Shown: positions 26,906 to 32,000 of the stretch, piece after piece
Layout of the letters: every line of letters begins with the position of its first letter
Position numbering within the stretch: position 1 is the stretch's first letter
NCBI RefSeq assembly: GCF_021054785.1
Contig: NZ_CP088239.1
Coordinates: 1,620,001-1,652,000, forward strand
Reading direction: 5' to 3'
Source: Tannockella kyphosi
GTDB lineage: Bacteria > Bacillota_I > Bacilli_A > Erysipelotrichales > Coprobacillaceae
DNA length: 32,000 nucleotides
Position numbers and translations under genes: made by a program
Notes under the pieces: generated by a model
The model's database searches: none
What the model was told of the DNA's origin: nothing
The model's input: the letters and a program-made list of their open reading frames with translations, nothing else

Positions 26906-28771
26906 TTATTCAGAAACATTGACCCATTTGATATAGATACCAAATGTACTACTGTCAGGTACTGTTAATGTTGATATATCTAACTTACTAGATTCTTCAT
27001 ACGTACTCGTTGAATAATAACCTTCTACTACCATATCATATTCTGTATCTTGATCTGGATTTTTATCTAAATAGCTATAAAATGATGCCAAATGTGATTG
27101 TGCAGCACTCTCTACGTCACTCTCTAAACTAGTTCCATAGTTTTTGATATCCGGACTTGACATACCAAAAAATCCTGTCATATTGGAAATAATCACAACA
27201 TTGCAAGTGTGGATTTCCCAGCTTGCAGTCAATGTTAAATTGGATGCAGGCATGGTTGTATATTCATTTCCATTTGCATCATACCAACCGTTAAATGTAT
27301 ATCCTGTTTTTGTTAAAGTCTCTAGTTCTAATGTTTCTCCATAATTTACTTTCGATGTTGTTTGGGTATCATCTACTAAAGTTAATGTATAACTATTGAT
27401 TGTCATCTTAGCAGTTAATGATAAATCATTGTTTGGCATTTTATCTCCACTTACCCACTTTGTACCACTGCTATCATACCAACCATTAAATGTATATCCT
27501 GTTTTTGTAAGTGTTGTTAAGGATATCGATTCTTGGTAAGAATAGGTTGTTTGTGTTGTATTTGATCCATCATTTGTTGTTAGTGTGTATTTGCCAACTT
27601 CATTTTCCTTCCAAGATGCATATAAAGTAATGTCTTTCATTGGCATTGTGTCACCACTTTGCCACTTTGTACCACTGCTATCATACCACCCTGAAAATGT
27701 ATACCCTGTTTTAGTTGGACTAGACAATTCTATTGTATCACTTTGAGCCAAGGATACAACATCTTTTATTCCCTCGTTATCAAGAGTTAATGTGTATTTT
27801 GTCTTGTCATACTTAGCATAAAGTGTAATATCACTAGCTGGCATAGAGGTCGAAGTATAGGCCGTTTCATAGCTATCTTCTAGGTACCAACCTATAAATG
27901 TATAACCTGTTACTTCTTCTATATCAATCTCCATTATTTGATTTTCAGTTAACGTATATTCCGTTTCTTCATCAAATATAACTGTTGTTAGTATATATTC
28001 TTCTGGTTCTTCTCTTCTTTGTAATTCCGAAGTTAGTGATTCACTAGAAATGATAATTTCATTTGTACCTACTGCTAAGTATTCTGTTAGTAAATCTAAC
28101 ATATCTTGACTCATTGTAGTAAGATCAATTTCCCACAATTCACTTTCATTGTTTGATTCAACAACATATTTTACATATTCTTCTTGAATACTTTCTATTT
28201 TTACTACATAACCAGCATCTACTGATAATTCTTGTAGATAATTATCTTGTTCATCTACTAAATAACTAGTTACTGTTCCTTCTAAAGTTGTCATATTGGT
28301 ATAATACAATTCTCCTACTTTATAAACTTCTACAGCAAATGTAGTTCCTCTAACAGATAAACTAGCATTTGGTGTTGTTACTTCATAAGACTCTTCTTCT
28401 TGTAAATCTACCATTATTTCATTAATAATTGTTCCTTCTAATAATACTAATTCCATACTATCTTGTGCTGGTTCTAATTGTAGGGTTGTATTTGGTGATA
28501 CATAAATATATTTATCTTCATCTACTAACAACCTAACATAACCATCACTACCAACTGTTAATACATCTCCACTTTCTAATAACATACCTGCATATAATTC
28601 GAGATCATCAATTTCTCCACGTTGGAGTAAAGCATCACCAGTTATTTCTGTTACTTCTATTCTTTGAACAACTTCTTGTTCTTCATTAGAAATAGATGCA
28701 ATAAGCACTATTGCTATGATAAAGAGTATAGAAACAACACCTATAATTACATATTTTCTATTTTTCATCAT
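26906..28771 (-). CDS. Membrane-anchored FecR-domain protein with about 5 Listeria-Bacteroides repeats
   Basis: 621 aa. The TM anchor is YVIIGVVSILFIIAIVLIASI. The FecR module reads (…GDVLTVGSDGYVRLLVDEDKYIYVSPNTTL…YEVTTPNASLSVRGTTFAV). Repeats: GYTFIGWY, GYTFSGWY and two GYTFNGWY. Confidence 0.85.
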   Translation of the reverse strand: MMKNRKYVIIGVVSILFIIAIVLIASISNEEQEVVQRIEVTEITGDALLQRGEIDDLELYAGMLLESGDVLTVGSDGYVRLLVDEDKYIYVSPNTTLQLEPAQDSMELVLLEGTIINEIMVDLQEEESYEVTTPNASLSVRGTTFAVEVYKVGELYYTNMTTLEGTVTSYLVDEQDNYLQELSVDAGYVVKIESIQEEYVKYVVESNNESELWEIDLTTMSQDMLDLLTEYLAVGTNEIIISSESLTSELQRREEPEEYILTTVIFDEETEYTLTENQIMEIDIEEVTGYTFIGWYLEDSYETAYTSTSMPASDITLYAKYDKTKYTLTLDNEGIKDVVSLAQSDTIELSSPTKTGYTFSGWYDSSGTKWQSGDTMPMKDITLYASWKENEVGKYTLTTNDGSNTTQTTYSYQESISLTTLTKTGYTFNGWYDSSGTKWVSGDKMPNNDLSLTAKMTINSYTLTLVDDTQTTSKVNYGETLELETLTKTGYTFNGWYDANGNEYTTMPASNLTLTASWEIHTCNVVIISNMTGFFGMSSPDIKNYGTSLESDVESAAQSHLASFYSYLDKNPDQDTEYDMVVEGYYSTSTYEESSKLDISTLTVPDSSTFGIYIKWVNVSE

Positions 28772-28773
28772 AA

Positions 28774-29925
28774 CTATTCACTAGTTTTAGCATAAATTGT
28801 ATAAAAATCAATTGCAGGCATAGAAGCTTCTTCTAAGAACAATGAAAACTCTCCTAAAGAAACATCAGCATAGAATTCTTCTACACTTATTCCACTACGA
28901 TAATCTAATAATTCACTAAAAAGTGTTCCTTCAGCTACTGCTACTTGTAATTTAACACCATCTTGGTAAACAATATTAAGCATATATCCATCCCATGCTT
29001 TTTCTAATAAAGCATAAACAGATGAATCTTGTTCTGGCATTGTTGTTAAAGAATATTCTTCTTCACAATTCCATGTTGTATACCAACCTAAAATATTATA
29101 ATTTTCAAAAGTAATACTATCAAAATCTATTTCTTCTCCTGCTCTAAAGTAATAATATCTTACTTCTACATCGGTTGAAACAAACAATAAATAATAATCA
29201 CCTTTATCTAAGTTTCTACTTTGTGCTTCTAATTCTATTTCATAACTAGTAAAACACATTCCTTGTGCTCCACTCATTGTTGCTTGATAAATGAAAGCAA
29301 ACATTTCTTCATTTATATCTTCTATCACTAACTCAGATTTAGTAACTGTATCACTGGTAATTTCTAAACTATATCCTTGACCAACATAAGTTTCTTCTGT
29401 TACACCATTGATCGTATAACTAGCTAATACATATCCTTCTAAAGCATATAACGTAGAACATGTTTCTCCTTGTTCTTCTACTACTTCAACACCATAAATA
29501 GTACCTCTAACACCAAAACTAGCATTAGGAGTAGTTACTTCATAACTAGAATCATCACTTAAATCTTCTTGTATTTCACTAATAATAGTTCCTGATGATA
29601 ATACTATTTCTGTATTTGAATCTGTTTCATCTCCACTACTATTTAAACAAAAAGATGAATTTTCTTTCACATAAATATATTTATCACCATCAATTAATAC
29701 ACGTAAATAAGAATCACTAGATACACTCACTTCATCTCCTGATTCTAGAAGCATACCTTCATACGCTTCTAAATCATCGATATCATCTCTTTGTACAAGG
29801 ACATCTCCTGATACTTCTATTACTTCCATTGTATAAACAAATTCTTCTGTTTCTTCATTTGATGAACAAGCTACTAAAAATAGAACTACTACAAGCATTG
29901 TTGTTAGTTTTATTATTTTTTTCAT
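28774..29925 (-). CDS. FecR-domain lipoprotein with one degenerate Listeria-Bacteroides-type repeat
   Basis: 383 aa with lipobox LVACSS. The FecR module reads (…GDEVSVSSDSYLRVLIDGDKYIYVKENSSF…YEVTTPNASFGVRGTIYGV). One repeat, NYNILGWY. AGGGGAG RBS lies 9 nt upstream of the ATG. Confidence 0.8.
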   Translation of the reverse strand: MKKIIKLTTMLVVVLFLVACSSNEETEEFVYTMEVIEVSGDVLVQRDDIDDLEAYEGMLLESGDEVSVSSDSYLRVLIDGDKYIYVKENSSFCLNSSGDETDSNTEIVLSSGTIISEIQEDLSDDSSYEVTTPNASFGVRGTIYGVEVVEEQGETCSTLYALEGYVLASYTINGVTEETYVGQGYSLEITSDTVTKSELVIEDINEEMFAFIYQATMSGAQGMCFTSYEIELEAQSRNLDKGDYYLLFVSTDVEVRYYYFRAGEEIDFDSITFENYNILGWYTTWNCEEEYSLTTMPEQDSSVYALLEKAWDGYMLNIVYQDGVKLQVAVAEGTLFSELLDYRSGISVEEFYADVSLGEFSLFLEEASMPAIDFYTIYAKTSE

Positions 29926-29930
29926 AAAAA

Positions 29931-31712
29931 TTACTCCCCTAAAGAAACTACTTCATAAAGTAATGTTTCTTCTTGTTTCCCTTTTAATTTTTTATATCCT
30001 AAAGCATTAAAAATAACTCTATTTCCTAGGGCATCTACTACTTCTTGACTTACTAGTATTTGATTTGCTTGCGCATTTGATTCTAAACGAGATGCAGTAT
30101 TTACCGTATCACCAATAGCCGTATAGTCTAAATGCCTAACACTACCAATATTACCAACGACTGCTTCTCCTATATGTACACCGACACCTACCATAAAGGG
30201 ATGTCCGTATTTTTCTAACGTATATTTATTACTTTCTTTACATGCTTCTCTTAGTTCTACTGCACATTTCACTGCACGATAGATATAATCATCTACATCA
30301 AATGGTGAATTAAAGACAGCCATTGCTGCATCACCCATAAACTTATCTACTGTACCTAAGTTATCAAAGATAACATTGGTAATAATATTGAAATGACCAT
30401 TTAATATGTCTACTACTTCTTCTGGTGATAATCTTTCAGATAGTGTAGTAAATCCTCGAACATCAATAAATAATACAGCTATATGTTTTGTTTGACTATT
30501 TACTTGTTCTAAGTCTTCTTTGTTTGCAATTACTTTTTTTACTACTTGTGGAGATACATAAGTTTCAAACATTTGAATCGTTTCTCTTTGTTTTTTTCTT
30601 ACCACAAAGTAACTAAATACTGTATAAAGTACCCATACTAAAAAGCTAATTACTGGTAGTACTAATAATGGAATACTTAATCCATTATTATATAAAGTCT
30701 TACAAGCTATAAAATAAATAATATTAATAACAACAGTAGTCATTGCTCCCTTAAGAACAGTGAAACTCATTACTAAATAACTAGAAACAAATATGAAAAC
30801 AAACAAAATCAAACTATGTAACCAACTATCTATTGTTAATACTGTACTTCCATTTAAAATAGATTCAGCAATATTAATATGAATCTCTACTCCATACATC
30901 TGCGTATCCATTTCTATTGCAACATTATAAGCATCTTGCATCCCTGATGCATGTGCTCCAACTAATACATAACAATCTTTAAAACTACGAACATCTACTG
31001 TTCCATCTAATACATCAATTAAAGATACTTCTTCATAGGTACAACTCTTAGCAACATAAGAAAAACCAAATACATTACTACTAGACATATTTATTTCTGG
31101 AATTTCTACTCCTGTATTTTCAGCAATTTGATTAGCTAAAATAGCTGCAAAACTATAATAAGTACTATCTTCATAATCAATACTATATAAAGATCTACGA
31201 ACTACAGAATCATCATCAATAATAGCGTTAGAAAATCCTTGTAATGTTACTTCTTGTAATGCACTAAAAGGTTCTTCAATAAATTCTACAGACATATTAT
31301 CTACATTAATAACTGCTTCTTCTACTTCTGTTATCGTATCTTCAAAAGATATTAAATTAACTACAGCAACATTACCAAAATCCTTAGCAGCATCTACAAA
31401 CGCTTGATCTCCATCTTCAGAAATAGTTCCTGAAAACAAAATATCGAAACCAATAAAATAAGGTGCATATTCTGTATCTAATATTTCAATTAACTGAGCA
31501 TATACACTACGATCCCAAGTACCAAAGGTACCTAGTGTATCTAATGTTTTTTGATCAATTTTAATTACTTTTATATTTGTATTAATAGCACTTTCTTCTT
31601 GATATACAGCATCTTGAACTTTTTGATCAAAATAGTAAAAAACATTACTATAAGAACAAAAACTTCCAATCAAAGCTATAAAAACACAAACAATTAGTTT
31701 TTGTATTCTCAT
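29931..31712 (-). CDS. CHASE2 sensor domain-containing class III adenylate/guanylate cyclase (predicted adenylate cyclase)
   Basis: 593 aa. Architecture: TM1, an ectodomain of about 260 aa (CHASE2-like), three TM segments (aa ~298-370), then a cyclase domain VLFIDVRGFTTLSE…VDKFMGDAAMAVF…VGVGVHIGEAVVGNIGS…DYTAIGDTVNTASRLES with both metal-binding Asp residues, Asn and Arg present. Confidence 0.88.
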   Translation of the reverse strand: MRIQKLIVCVFIALIGSFCSYSNVFYYFDQKVQDAVYQEESAINTNIKVIKIDQKTLDTLGTFGTWDRSVYAQLIEILDTEYAPYFIGFDILFSGTISEDGDQAFVDAAKDFGNVAVVNLISFEDTITEVEEAVINVDNMSVEFIEEPFSALQEVTLQGFSNAIIDDDSVVRRSLYSIDYEDSTYYSFAAILANQIAENTGVEIPEINMSSSNVFGFSYVAKSCTYEEVSLIDVLDGTVDVRSFKDCYVLVGAHASGMQDAYNVAIEMDTQMYGVEIHINIAESILNGSTVLTIDSWLHSLILFVFIFVSSYLVMSFTVLKGAMTTVVINIIYFIACKTLYNNGLSIPLLVLPVISFLVWVLYTVFSYFVVRKKQRETIQMFETYVSPQVVKKVIANKEDLEQVNSQTKHIAVLFIDVRGFTTLSERLSPEEVVDILNGHFNIITNVIFDNLGTVDKFMGDAAMAVFNSPFDVDDYIYRAVKCAVELREACKESNKYTLEKYGHPFMVGVGVHIGEAVVGNIGSVRHLDYTAIGDTVNTASRLESNAQANQILVSQEVVDALGNRVIFNALGYKKLKGKQEETLLYEVVSLGE

Positions 31713-31714
31713 TT

Positions 31715-32000
31715 CTATAATTTGTCACAAATTAATTCAACAATATCTCTACAAATAGAAATATCTTTTTCTGTGAAATCACCTTCAGTTTTGTTTAATA
31801 ATTGCACACAACCATAAACTTCTTCTTGAACAATAATAGGTAAACAAATAATATTTTTACTAACAAATCCAGTAGCACTATCTGCTTTTTGATACCATCT
31901 AGGATCATTCACTAAATCATTGCTTATAATTTCTATATTTTCTGCAACACATTTACCACATAACCCTTGTCCTATTGGTAATTCTAAATCTCTTAGACCA
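31715..32000 (-). CDS. GAF domain protein, C-terminal part (gene continues beyond the right edge of the window)
   Basis: The frame stays open upstream of the GTG listed in the ORF track. Manual translation from the window edge: GLRDLELPIGQGLCGKCVAENIEIISNDLVNDPRWYQKADSATGFVSKNIICLPIIVQEEVYGCVQLLNK…, a typical GAF core. The stop lies 2 nt before the cyclase ATG. Confidence 0.7.
   Translation of the reverse strand, partial: GLRDLELPIGQGLCGKCVAENIEIISNDLVNDPRWYQKADSATGFVSKNIICLPIIVQEEVYGCVQLLNKTEGDFTEKDISICRDIVELICDKL

Noticed and set aside
5360-27344. Opposite-strand ORFs from the track: 5360-5593, 5847-6077, 6588-6794, 11513-11773, 12895-13089, 13675-13878, 14121-14321, 17535-17825, 18791-19312, 20775-20969 and 27144-27344
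   Set aside because: All lie antisense within, or overlap, well-supported genes. They have low-complexity or odd composition, no RBS and no recognisable motifs. They are typical shadow ORFs of AT-rich coding sequence, including the 173 aa ORF opposite mreB.
1-32000. Possibility of an alternative genetic code (TGA = Trp), given the AT-richness and the Mollicutes-like tmRNA tag ending (…NYSFA)
   Set aside because: rnr terminates at TGA (2883-2885) exactly where RNase R homologues end. Trp is encoded by TGG throughout. No long ORF needs read-through of TGA.

Overview
This is an AT-rich segment of a low-GC Gram-positive (Bacillota-like) chromosome that uses the standard code (TGA ends rnr). Almost all genes lie on the minus strand.

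Contents from left to right:
1. 1-2040: the decayed end of an integrated island abutting the 3' end of ssrA. It holds the tail of an unidentified gene, a promoter/hairpin-repeat/terminator RNA module directly upstream of an AbiD/AbiF-like HEPN protein, and a large serine recombinase pseudogene.
2. The conserved secG-rnr-smpB-ssrA block.
3. A PIG-L deacetylase plus a GPH symporter.
4. A heterodimeric ABC exporter plus MarR.
5. An iron-siderophore/heme-type ABC importer headed by a PNPOx-like protein.
6. Envelope and sporulation-synteny genes (tagO-like fusion, mreB, degenerate LytM/SpoIIQ-like, SpoIID, small YwzB-like membrane protein), then an aldo/keto reductase.
7. 22.3-32 kb, the most unusual part: a tightly packed operon of a GAF protein, a CHASE2 class III adenylate cyclase and three paralogous membrane-anchored FecR-domain proteins (383, 621 and 1519 aa). 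These carry 1, about 5 and about 17 Listeria-Bacteroides (GYTFxGWY) repeats. The largest contains near-identical 453-465 bp tandem DNA repeats.

I saw no rRNA, tRNA, CRISPR array or intact transposase. All calls come from manual reading of the ORF translations and the DNA. Coordinates of small motifs were counted by hand and may be off by a few nt. Family names and Pfam accessions are from memory, not from searches.
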